Program-made: the position numbers and the translations under genes
Source: Candidatus Aenigmatarchaeota archaeon
GTDB taxonomy: Archaea; Aenigmatarchaeota; Aenigmatarchaeia; QMZP01; QMZT01
Assembly (NCBI GenBank): GCA_963726265.1
Contig: CAVSBQ010000002.1
Span: forward strand, 224,001 to 288,000
Direction of reading: 5' to 3'
DNA: 64,000 nt
Notes under the pieces: model-generated
What the model saw: the letters and a program-made list of their open reading frames with translations, nothing else
Database searches by the model: none
What the model was told of the DNA's origin: nothing
Shown: positions 1 through 8,459 of the stretch, piece after piece
Layout of the letters: each line of letters opens with the position of its first letter
Position numbering within the stretch: the stretch's first letter is position 1

Positions 1-398
1 TCGGTGACGTTGCCTTCTTCGTCCTTGAGCAGGTAGCGCGCCTTCAGGACCTTTATCGTGTTGACGGGAAGCTTCAATTCGTCGCGCACGCCGAGCATTT
101 CCTTCGCCTTTCTCGACTCCTCGCGCTCCTTCCTGTAGATTATGTACGCTTTCGCGGTCGCCGCATGGCCGTTCTCTATCAGGACCTTCTCCACGATGTC
201 CTGTATCTGCTCGACGGTCGGGATTTCCTTGTCGAACTTCTCCTCGACCAGCTGGACCACTTTCTCGGCCAAGCTTTTAGCGAGCCCGAGATCCTCGCCT
301 CCGACCGATTTCGCGGCCTTGAAGATGGCGCTGACTATCTTTTCAGTGTTGAAATCGACGACTCTTCCGTCCCTTTTCTTCACCTTGCTGACCGTCAT
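1..398 (-). CDS. nrdJ: Ribonucleotide reductase, ATP-cone N-terminus, probably class II (B12-dependent); runs off window start
   Basis: Manual translation gives MTVSKVKKRDGRVVDFNTEKIVSAIFKAA...VEQIQDIVEKVLIENGHAATAKAYIIYR (ATP cone), then VLKARYLLKDEEGNV, typical of class II RNR. Start overlaps the nrdR stop. Confidence 0.8.
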   Translation of the reverse strand, partial: MTVSKVKKRDGRVVDFNTEKIVSAIFKAAKSVGGEDLGLAKSLAEKVVQLVEEKFDKEIPTVEQIQDIVEKVLIENGHAATAKAYIIYRKEREESRKAKEMLGVRDELKLPVNTIKVLKARYLLKDEEGNVT

Positions 399-856
399 GC
401 TTTCCCCCCTTTGCCGCTCAGCTTCCTGAGCTCTTCCTGGAAGCTCTCGATGTCCTCGAACTCGCGGTAGACGGAAGCGAAGCGGATGTAGGCGACTTTG
501 TCGGCCTTCTTCAGCTTTTTCATCACAAGCTCGCCTATCCTCTTGCTCGGTATCTCGATGCTGTCCTCCCCGCGCAACTCGGCTTCGATTTCTTCCACCA
601 TCTTTTCTATGGCTTCGTTCGTGATGGGCCTCTTCTCGCAGGAACGGATGATGCCCTTCTTCACCTTGTCCCTGTCGAATCGCTCTCTCCGCCCGTCTTT
701 CTTCACGACGATAAGCTCCGCCGATTCCACCCTCTCGTATGTGGTGAAGCGCTTGCCGCATTTCAGGCATTCCCTTCGTCGCCACACTGACTTCTCGTCA
801 GAGCTTCGCTTGTCTATGACCTTCATCTCCTCGCTCGAGCAGTAGGGGCAGCGCAT
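395..856 (-). CDS. nrdR: Transcriptional repressor NrdR
   Basis: MRCPYC...RRRECLKCGKRFTTYE zinc ribbon, ATP cone (VVKKDGRRERFDRDK) and DKVAYIRFASVYREF signature. Confidence 0.95.
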   Translation of the reverse strand: MRCPYCSSEEMKVIDKRSSDEKSVWRRRECLKCGKRFTTYERVESAELIVVKKDGRRERFDRDKVKKGIIRSCEKRPITNEAIEKMVEEIEAELRGEDSIEIPSKRIGELVMKKLKKADKVAYIRFASVYREFEDIESFQEELRKLSGKGGKA

Positions 857-936
857 TTTTCCACCATTCACTCCTGTCCGGCCCTTTTCATGGCCTTTTT
901 ACAAGAGTTTTTACTACCGTTTGCTACCGAAAAAAA

Positions 937-1001
937 TCCCAATATGTTGGGCTTCGGAAGTTTAAAACACCAATATATTGTAGTCATGCATCCTTTATAA
1001 A
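937..1001 (-). promoter_or_regulatory. Two tandem NrdR boxes plus TATA box of the nrdR-nrdJ operon
   Basis: TCCCAATATGTTGGGC (937-952) and CACCAATATATTGTAG (968-983), cores 31 bp apart; TTTATAAA at 994-1001. Confidence 0.8.
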
Positions 1002-1097
1002 CATTTCGTTCCTGCAAAATATATTTTATGTTTTGAGATTTTTCCGGGCGGCCGGCGGCCAGGAAAATTATTTTAAAAACGTGGATAATGTATTACC

Positions 1098-2130
1098 ATG
1101 TCCAAAGTTTACTTCTTCCCCGCGGCGCGCAAAGAGGATATGGAGAAGGCGCTGGAAAGGCTCTACGAAAAGATCTCCGGCAGTTTCGACGTCCGAGGAA
1201 AGCGAATCGCGATAAAAATGCATTTCGGCGAGAAGGACAACACCACCCATCTCGATCCCGCCTTCGCCAGAAAGATATGCGAGCTCGTGCGAAGCCGCGG
1301 CGGGACGCCAGAGCTTGTCGAATGCAACACGCTTTATCGCGGCGAACGCCTGCACACGAACGAACACCTCGCGCTCGCTAAGGCGCACGGCTTCGACTTC
1401 GCGCCCGTCGTGATATGCGACGACAAAAACAGGGAATGGCAAATCCCCGTCCGCGGCAAACATTTCAGGAAAGTCAGGGTCGGCGCGCGTCTTAAGGACT
1501 ACAAAATGATGATAGCCGTGACGCATTGCAAGGGTCATGTTGCGGCGGGGTATGGCGGCGCGCTCAAGAACGTGGGCATGGGTTTGGGAAGCCGCGGCGG
1601 GAAACTGGAAATGCACGCCAAGGTAAAGCCCATATTCAAACAAGACAAGTGCAAGGCGTGCGGAGCGTGCGTCAAGCGCATGCCCTGCGGACGCGATTGC
1701 CATGGAGAAATACGCGGTCATGGACTCTGCCAAATGCATAGGCTGCGCGACCTGCGTCGCAGTCTGCCCGTACGGCGCGGTCGAAATTCCGTGGTTCAAC
1801 ACGACCTCGCAGGAAATCCAGGAGCGCATCGTCGAATACGCCCGCGGCGTCACCAGCAAAATCAAAACCATCTATTTCAACTTCCTGCTGAACATCACGC
1901 CCCACTGCGACTGCGTCGCGGACTCTGGCAGGCCGCTGCTCAAGGACATAGGCATTCTTGCATCGGAAGACGTCGTCGCGCTGGAGCAGGCCTCCCTGGA
2001 CATGATAAAGGGGAGAGCAGGCCGCGACGTCTTCATGGAAAGCCACAAGATCGACGTCTCCGTCCAGCCCGCTTACGCGGAGGCGATGGGCATGGGCGAG
2101 AGGCGGTATGAAATAGTGAAGCTTGACTAG
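1098..2130 (+). CDS. DUF362 family Fe-S protein with 2x[4Fe-4S] ferredoxin domain (frameshift near 1675)
   Basis: IAIKMHFGE, ECNTLY, HCKGH..GYGGALKNVGMG; CKACGACV and CIGCATCVAVCP; NITPHCDC continues in a second frame. Confidence 0.85.
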
Positions 2131-2184
2131 CTCGCCTATGCCGGCACAGCGGCCATTTTTAAAATTAATTATTACTCTTTAATT

Positions 2185-3366
2185 ATGAAACCACGACTAT
2201 TGATTGTTTATAAGCCCTCAATAATCACATACCCATTACTGGAAGAAAAACTTTTAGAGCTGCTCAGTCCTGTAGGAAATTTTATTGCTAGACGAAAATG
2301 GTATTCAATTCCTGAAGAACGGGTTAAGGAACTTTATACTGAACATATGAATAAGCCGTTTTTTGCACCTTTGTGTAATCTACTTTTAGGAAGACCCATA
2401 ACTACTCACGTATTTGAATCTAAGGGAGATGAAGATGAATCTTGGGTAAATTACGTCAGAACCGAGCTGATAGGGCACACAAATCCCCAGCTTTCAAGAA
2501 AAGGTACGTTTAGATATTATGTACATAAATTGACAGGAGAATCTTTGGAAAAAGCGGGCTCGGAAAGGAGATCTATTGACAACGGTGTTCATTGTTCTGA
2601 TTCCATTAAAAGCGGGCAAAGAGAATGCGCTATTTTTTATTGGGATTATATTCTTGATAACTCCAAAATATTATACTCGAATATCTCATTAATGGATGGG
2701 TCTCTTGCAAAAGATTTTGCAAAAAATGGGAGGGGTGTTTTCTTCGAAGAAAGGTTAGAATATTGTTTAAGAAAAAATAAACTTCTAAAAAAAGATGAAT
2801 TATTTGTTAAGTATGAGGAGTTACCTGTACCTGATAAAAATGGTGGATTTAGTTATGGTTGGAAACAGAGAGGTGCTGAAACTTTTACAGCAGGAGGTAG
2901 AGTAAGAAGTAGAAAGGGAGAAGACATTAATATTATAGATTTTGTTGCTAAAGCTTGTATCAATCTTCTTCCCGAAAAAAGAATCACTGAATGGCTTAAA
3001 AGAGGAGAAATTTTATCCACAGAGGGTGTTAAAACACCTAAATTATATTATCGTGAAAAAGGAGCTTATTATGAACAATATCTTAAATTTTCAGCCGAGG
3101 AAGTTCTAAGTAAAGCCGAGCCGATAAAAAGAGAAAAGCTCATAAGACAAATTGCAAGAATTGCTGGAGTTATAGATCGCAAATTTCTGTACCCTCAAGA
3201 TTTTATTGGTGACTTAAGAAGTGATGGTGAGGACATATTTTTTACTGATTTTGGTGAAGATTTAGGAGGTGCTGGTGAAGGTAAACACACAATTGGAAAA
3301 GATACGTTATTTAGCTATTTCAGAGGCAAGGATTTAGATTTATCATTAAAAGAATATGAGAATTAA
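2185..3366 (+). CDS. Nucleoside-diphosphate-kinase-like domain fused to a protein-kinase-like (RIO/APH/Kdo-type) domain
   Basis: N-half: YKP, LYTEH..KPFF, IGHTNP..GTFR, NGVHCSDS..SGQRE (NDK catalytic His). C-half: FVAK, GVKTPKLY, DFIGDLR, IFFTDFG. Confidence 0.7.
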   Translation: MKPRLLIVYKPSIITYPLLEEKLLELLSPVGNFIARRKWYSIPEERVKELYTEHMNKPFFAPLCNLLLGRPITTHVFESKGDEDESWVNYVRTELIGHTNPQLSRKGTFRYYVHKLTGESLEKAGSERRSIDNGVHCSDSIKSGQRECAIFYWDYILDNSKILYSNISLMDGSLAKDFAKNGRGVFFEERLEYCLRKNKLLKKDELFVKYEELPVPDKNGGFSYGWKQRGAETFTAGGRVRSRKGEDINIIDFVAKACINLLPEKRITEWLKRGEILSTEGVKTPKLYYREKGAYYEQYLKFSAEEVLSKAEPIKREKLIRQIARIAGVIDRKFLYPQDFIGDLRSDGEDIFFTDFGEDLGGAGEGKHTIGKDTLFSYFRGKDLDLSLKEYEN

Positions 3367-3415
3367 TTACTTAATAGATAGTAATATTTATAAAACTTCA
3401 ATTTCAACTAACAAT

Positions 3416-4423
3416 ATGAAACTAAGATCGGCCATTATAGGATTAGGTCATCAAGCAATAGAAGATCATATACCTGGTTTGAAAGATTCTCAACTTGCCA
3501 AATTGATCGCTATTTGCGATGTTGATGAGAACAAATTAAAGGAATGGCAAGATAAATTGGGTGTAAAAGGCTACAAATATCATCAAGATTTATTTAATGC
3601 TGAAAAATTGGATTTTGTTATTGCGGCTTTGCCGCATGACGAATACAGGAGTGTTATAGAAGAGGCCAGCAAAAGGCATTTGCACATTTTGAAAGAAAAG
3701 CCATTTGCCAGAAACTTGGATGAAGCTTTTTATTTCAAAAAACTTTGTGATGAGAATGACATACATTTAACAACAACCTTACAACGAAGATTCAATCCTA
3801 TATACAACACATTTTTCCAATTGAAGGATCAAATCGGAAAACCTTTCTTTGTGGATGCGAAATATACACTTTTTGTTGAAGCGCCGCATGAAGGATGGAG
3901 AGGTAAAAGAGATGAAGCGGGTGGCGGTGCCATAATAGATATGGGATACCACATGATTGACATGATTGTCTGGTATTTTGGCCTTCCAAATAATATACAT
4001 GCAGAATTCTCATCAAAGGCAAAACCCGAAGAAACTTATGATGCAGAAGATACAGCAGTTGTTTTACTTTCTTATGATGATGGTTTACACGGTTCATTGA
4101 CATTGTCAAGATATTATCCTCCAAAAACGGAAAGGATAAAGGTCATTGGAGATAACGGCATAATTGAAGTTGAAAGAGGCAGTATAAAGAGATTTAAAAG
4201 TGATGGTGAATTGGCAGAATCTTTGGTGAGAGAACATTCATGGCCAGTAGCAGCAACAAATCAAATTGATTATTTTTGCAGAGTAATAAAGGGAGAAAGA
4301 GAAAATATTGGAACTCCAGAGTATCATTTACAGCATGTAAGTTTTGTTGATGCTTGTTATAAATCAAAAAAAGAAGGCAAATATATAAATCCGAGGGAGT
4401 TGCTAGCTCGACATGAAAAGTAA
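3416..4423 (+). CDS. Gfo/Idh/MocA family NAD-dependent oxidoreductase (Pur10-like candidate)
   Basis: IIGLGHQA Rossmann motif, HILKEKPFA, QRRFNP, GGGAIIDMGYHMID; TTTATAAA about 22 nt upstream of ATG 3416. Confidence 0.9.
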   Translation: MKLRSAIIGLGHQAIEDHIPGLKDSQLAKLIAICDVDENKLKEWQDKLGVKGYKYHQDLFNAEKLDFVIAALPHDEYRSVIEEASKRHLHILKEKPFARNLDEAFYFKKLCDENDIHLTTTLQRRFNPIYNTFFQLKDQIGKPFFVDAKYTLFVEAPHEGWRGKRDEAGGGAIIDMGYHMIDMIVWYFGLPNNIHAEFSSKAKPEETYDAEDTAVVLLSYDDGLHGSLTLSRYYPPKTERIKVIGDNGIIEVERGSIKRFKSDGELAESLVREHSWPVAATNQIDYFCRVIKGERENIGTPEYHLQHVSFVDACYKSKKEGKYINPRELLARHEK

Positions 4424-5663
4424 GTTAGCTATACATGGCGGTGAAAGGGTTGTAAATATTGATGGACCACATTATGTATGGCCTGTGATTGGTGATAAAA
4501 CAAGAAATGCCGTTTTAAATCAGCTTTATGAGAGTATATCAATTTACAATAGATCCGGAATTATAGAAAGGTTAGAAAACAGACTTTCAGAATACTATGG
4601 GAAAAAACATGCTTTATTAACTAATTCTGGTACTTCTGCAATCCACTCCATGTTCGCAGGGAGTGGTTTGAACGAAGGAGATGAAGTTATTGTCCCAGCT
4701 TACACGTTCTACGCAAGCGCAACACCTTTATTTTTCACAGGTTCTATTCCAGTTCTGGCAGATTGCAGAAAAGATGGAAATATAGACCCTAGATATGTCG
4801 AAAGCAAAATAAGCAAAAACACAAAGGGAATCGCCGTTACACATATGTGGGGCTTACCATGTGATATGGAATCGATAGAGAAGTTAGCTAGAAAATTCAA
4901 TCTTATGCTTTTTGAAGATGCTTCTCATGCTCACGGAGCCAAATACAGAGGGAGGAAAATAGGGACATTCGGGAATGCTTCTGCATTTAGTTTGCAAGCC
5001 CAAAAGATTTTGACTGGTGGTGAAGGCGGGATTTTGTTGACAGATAATGATGAAATTTTTTATAGAGCATTGCTTCTAGGCCATTATAATAAAAGATGTA
5101 AACAGGAAATACCTAAAGATCATCCTCTTTATAAATTCGCAATAACAGGCATGGGATTGAAATTTAGAATACATCCCATCGCAGCAGCCATTGCCGATGA
5201 GCAATTAGATAATCTTGATGATATTTTACAGAAAAAAAGAGAGACTGCGGAGAAAATGATTAAAGTATTTGGTAATTTTCCTGGAATCGGTGTGCCTCAA
5301 GTACCTGATGGTGTGGAACCAAGCTGGTATGCTTTTCTCATGCAATACAAACCTGAAGAATTAAAAGGACTTTCTGTTGAAAAATTTTATGAAGCTTTGA
5401 AAGCTGAAGGTTGCGATGAATTAGACAGACCTGGTTCTACTTGCCCTCTTAATTATCATCCTTTGTTCCAAAATCCTGAAATTTTATTTCCAAAATACAA
5501 AGGAAAGGTAAATTATAGAAAGGGGGATTTCCCAGTTGCGGAGGAATTTCATGAAAATTCTTTAAAGTTACCAGTTTGGCATGATCCTAGAGATGAAAAG
5601 GTTTTAGATTTATATATCAAAGCATTTGAGAAAGTGATAGAAAGGAGTGAGGAGCTTTTGTAA
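4413..5663 (+). CDS. DegT/DnrJ/EryC1/StrS PLP aminotransferase (Pur4-like candidate)
   Basis: NSGTSA, GDEVIVPAYTF, THMWG, EDASHAHGA, FSLQAQKILTGGEGG (PLP lysine). Confidence 0.93.
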   Translation: MKSKLAIHGGERVVNIDGPHYVWPVIGDKTRNAVLNQLYESISIYNRSGIIERLENRLSEYYGKKHALLTNSGTSAIHSMFAGSGLNEGDEVIVPAYTFYASATPLFFTGSIPVLADCRKDGNIDPRYVESKISKNTKGIAVTHMWGLPCDMESIEKLARKFNLMLFEDASHAHGAKYRGRKIGTFGNASAFSLQAQKILTGGEGGILLTDNDEIFYRALLLGHYNKRCKQEIPKDHPLYKFAITGMGLKFRIHPIAAAIADEQLDNLDDILQKKRETAEKMIKVFGNFPGIGVPQVPDGVEPSWYAFLMQYKPEELKGLSVEKFYEALKAEGCDELDRPGSTCPLNYHPLFQNPEILFPKYKGKVNYRKGDFPVAEEFHENSLKLPVWHDPRDEKVLDLYIKAFEKVIERSEELL

Positions 5664-6113
5664 ATGAAACGGACTTTCTATAATACTCTGGTTAGTGAAG
5701 CCCAAAAAATAGGAATTAAAAGATACGTAGTTGGTGCCGTAATAAGAAAAAATTCTGAAATTTTGCTATTAGAAAGACCAAAAAATGAATTTATGGGAGG
5801 AATTTACGAATTGCCCAGCGGTAAGGTAGAGATAGGAGAGTCCCTTGATGCGGCTCTACGTAGGGAAGTTGAGGAAGAAACAAGTCTCCAAATTCATAAA
5901 ATACAAAAGTATTTAGGTCATTTCGATTATGATTCAAAAAAAGGTGACAGAACACGACAATTTAACTTTTCTGTCACAGTCAAAAAACCAATGGAAATCA
6001 GATTGCAAGAGCATGTTGATTATGCTTGGGTTAATAACGATGCATTACACGATCATCCTGTTACTGATAACGTAAAACAAATTTTAAGTTCATTCTGGGA
6101 GACAAATGGATAG
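5664..6113 (+). CDS. NUDIX hydrolase (Pur7-like candidate)
   Basis: Nudix box PSGKVEIGESLDAALRREVEEETSL; starts immediately after the DegT stop. Confidence 0.92.
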   Translation: MKRTFYNTLVSEAQKIGIKRYVVGAVIRKNSEILLLERPKNEFMGGIYELPSGKVEIGESLDAALRREVEEETSLQIHKIQKYLGHFDYDSKKGDRTRQFNFSVTVKKPMEIRLQEHVDYAWVNNDALHDHPVTDNVKQILSSFWETNG

Positions 6114-6210
6114 AAAAGATCATTTGTTAACCTTTGAAGAACAAGATGCCCTCGGTAAGTCTGAATTATTAGATAGGGTCCATATTGTATTTGGTAATAA
6201 AAAACTATAG
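6106..6210 (+). pseudogene. Truncated P-loop nucleoside monophosphate kinase (thymidylate-kinase-like) remnant
   Basis: MDRKDHLLTFEEQDALGKSELLDRV..., resembling the Tmk N-terminus (ITFEGxDGxGKS); overlaps the NUDIX stop; only 34 aa. Confidence 0.4.
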
Positions 6211-6276
6211 AGGGGGGCTACTGCAGAAATTAGCGATATGCTTACTAAAATATTCTTTTTATTATAGTAATTAAAA

Positions 6277-6894
6277 GTGGATATTATGAATTTAGATAAG
6301 AAAATCGTCGATGAAATAATAGAATACGTTAAAAATATTTACTCCAAATTAGAGTTAACACATGACATAAATCATATAGAAAGAGTTGCGAATTTAGCTA
6401 TTTTTTTAGCCGAAAGGGAAGGTGCTAATGTTGATATTGTGAAAGCTTCGGCCTGGTTGCATGACATAGGATACTCAGGTTTGACTAAAAAGGAAATGGT
6501 AGAAAAAGATCATGCAAATTTATCGATAAAAACAGCACAAGGTATTTTGATAAATAGAGGATTGGATAAAGATATTGTAGAATCAATTTGTAAGTGTATT
6601 CTTTTGCATGATAGTTCAAGAATTAAAATCGACAGTTCCATAGAAGCTAAATGTCTTCACGACGCTGATAAGCTTGATTGTGTTGGTGTGCGAGGAATGC
6701 TGAGACTTTTTGCATGGAATCTGACTATCGAACCAATGAATTGTAGTATTTCTGAATATATGAAACATTTGAAGAAAGGTGTATTAACAAAGGAGAAAGT
6801 TTTGATTACTAAAACCGCAAAAGAGCTCGCCAATAAATGGAATAAAAAGTTGTTAGAATTCTTTGATGCATATCAAGATGAAATAAATTTTTAA
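6277..6894 (+). CDS. HD-domain phosphohydrolase
   Basis: THDINHIERV, AWLHDIG, DHA, LHD, LHDADKLD. Confidence 0.9.
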   Translation: MDIMNLDKKIVDEIIEYVKNIYSKLELTHDINHIERVANLAIFLAEREGANVDIVKASAWLHDIGYSGLTKKEMVEKDHANLSIKTAQGILINRGLDKDIVESICKCILLHDSSRIKIDSSIEAKCLHDADKLDCVGVRGMLRLFAWNLTIEPMNCSISEYMKHLKKGVLTKEKVLITKTAKELANKWNKKLLEFFDAYQDEINF

Positions 6895-6968
6895 AGAAAG
6901 GATAAAATATAACGGCGTGATATATTTATAAACCCCTCCGCCAATAATTCAATCCGCTTAAACATACC

Positions 6969-7334
6969 ATGATTACAGGTGATTATGTGAAACCGTTATG
7001 CGAATACATGATAAATGAGATGCTTCCAGGGTTTCGAGCGCTCGTCGCGAAGAAGCTGATGGAAGACCATGGCCTTTCCCAGACCGAGGTCGCGGAGCTG
7101 CTCGACACGACGCAGCCGGCGATTTCGCAATACAGGCGCCAGCTGCGCGGGAAGAAGACTTCTGTTTTTATGAAGAACCACGAGCTGCTCGACTTCCTCG
7201 ACAGCGATGGCGCAAAGGATTGCGACGGGCAAGATAAGGCCGGACCAGACCGGCCTCGAGTTCTGCAGGGTGTGCAGGTTCATGCGCGACAGGGACATCG
7301 TTTCGGGCGTTTCCATGTGCTGAGCGTTTTCTAA
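6969..7334 (+). CDS. Archaeal HTH transcriptional regulator (COG2522-like; frameshift near 7204)
   Basis: PLCE...LPGFRALVAKKL...GLSQTEVAELLDTTQPAISQY; C-terminal CRVC in the alternative frame. Confidence 0.75.
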   Translation: MITGDYVKPLCEYMINEMLPGFRALVAKKLMEDHGLSQTEVAELLDTTQPAISQYRRQLRGKKTSVFMKNHELLDFLDSDGAKDCDGQDKAGPDRPRVLQGVQVHARQGHRFGRFHVLSVF

Positions 7335-7378
7335 AAACCTTCCAAGTTTTTTTAAGCGGCGAACTACAAAGGAATATT

Positions 7379-7750
7379 ATGGACTACTGGGAAAAGAAAA
7401 TCGCGGCAGCTTCCATGGGAAACCCCGTCGACGTCCTGAAGAGGGACAAGGAGCTCTTCAAAAAGATGAGGCAGGAGATCGAGCAAACCAAGGAAAACAA
7501 CAGGAAGCTGCTCAAGAACAACGATAACCTCGTCAAGCTCGTGGAGCTGATGGAGGAGAAGATAAAGAACCTGACCGAGGACATGAAGAAGAATTACGTC
7601 TATTCGTTCGAGCACGGCGGCTGGGTCGAGAAAGGCGCGCTGGACCAGGGCAGGATAGAGCTCGCGCCTTCGCAGCTGAACATCGACTCCATAAACAACC
7701 AGCTGGCCGAAATCCTGAAGATGGTGGAAAGGCACAGGATGAAGGCGTGA
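7379..7750 (+). CDS. Hypothetical coiled-coil protein
   Basis: Host-like codon usage, heptad-rich. Confidence 0.6.
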   Translation: MDYWEKKIAAASMGNPVDVLKRDKELFKKMRQEIEQTKENNRKLLKNNDNLVKLVELMEEKIKNLTEDMKKNYVYSFEHGGWVEKGALDQGRIELAPSQLNIDSINNQLAEILKMVERHRMKA

Positions 7751-7808
7751 AAGCGTCTAAGGCTTAAATAGAAATGTAATGCTATTATAAAATAAGCGAG
7801 GTGTCTTG

Positions 7809-8234
7809 ATGGTGAAGAAATCGATGCAGAAGGTGCATGACGGGTTGGAAGGCGTTCTGAACACTCTCAGCGAGGATGTTACCAAGGCGTTGGACATAAA
7901 GGAAGAGAGGAAACTTCTTGAAAAGAAGGTGAGGCAGCTCAAGGATGAGGAGATCCAGCTCAGCGAAGTGGTCAGCCACCTGAAGAAAACGAGGGATAAA
8001 ATGCAGGACGAGCTGAAGGCAAAGACGGTGGAAGAAGAGGAGCTCAAATCGAAGGTCCTTACGCTCAAGGAAGACAAGGCGGGCATGGAATCCGAGAAGC
8101 TCACCCTCAACCAGCAGATAAAGAACCTCAAGAAGGAAAAGGAGCTTTCGCAGAAAGCGCTCGAGAAGACGAACGACCTGCTCGTTTCCCTGAAGCATCA
8201 CATTTCAGAATTCGATGAAGAAATCAGAGGGTAA
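7809..8234 (+). CDS. Hypothetical coiled-coil protein
   Basis: E/K-rich heptad repeats; GAGGTG ribosome-binding site upstream. Confidence 0.65.
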   Translation: MVKKSMQKVHDGLEGVLNTLSEDVTKALDIKEERKLLEKKVRQLKDEEIQLSEVVSHLKKTRDKMQDELKAKTVEEEELKSKVLTLKEDKAGMESEKLTLNQQIKNLKKEKELSQKALEKTNDLLVSLKHHISEFDEEIRG

Positions 8235-8459
8235 GCGGAAGCCGTCTTTGGCAACCGCTCTGGATAAGGGCGGGTTCTAGTTATTTTTATTTTTGTTAAT
8301 ACCATTCATAATTGTGGGACTCGGCGACAAGGAAGCTCCCGGCAATGCGCAGGCTCATGAATTTTTTCTGAAAGTTTAATCGTACATCATGCCATCAAGC
8401 CTTTTAAACGCCATCAAGGCCGCTTAAAAAACTAATTTTCATCATATTAAGGTGGTCAC

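Noticed and set aside
3416..5663. Ordinary surface-glycan (NDP-amino-sugar) locus
   Set aside because: No glycosyltransferase, nucleotidyltransferase, epimerase or flippase is adjacent and the neighbours are nucleotide enzymes. Disfavoured rather than excluded.
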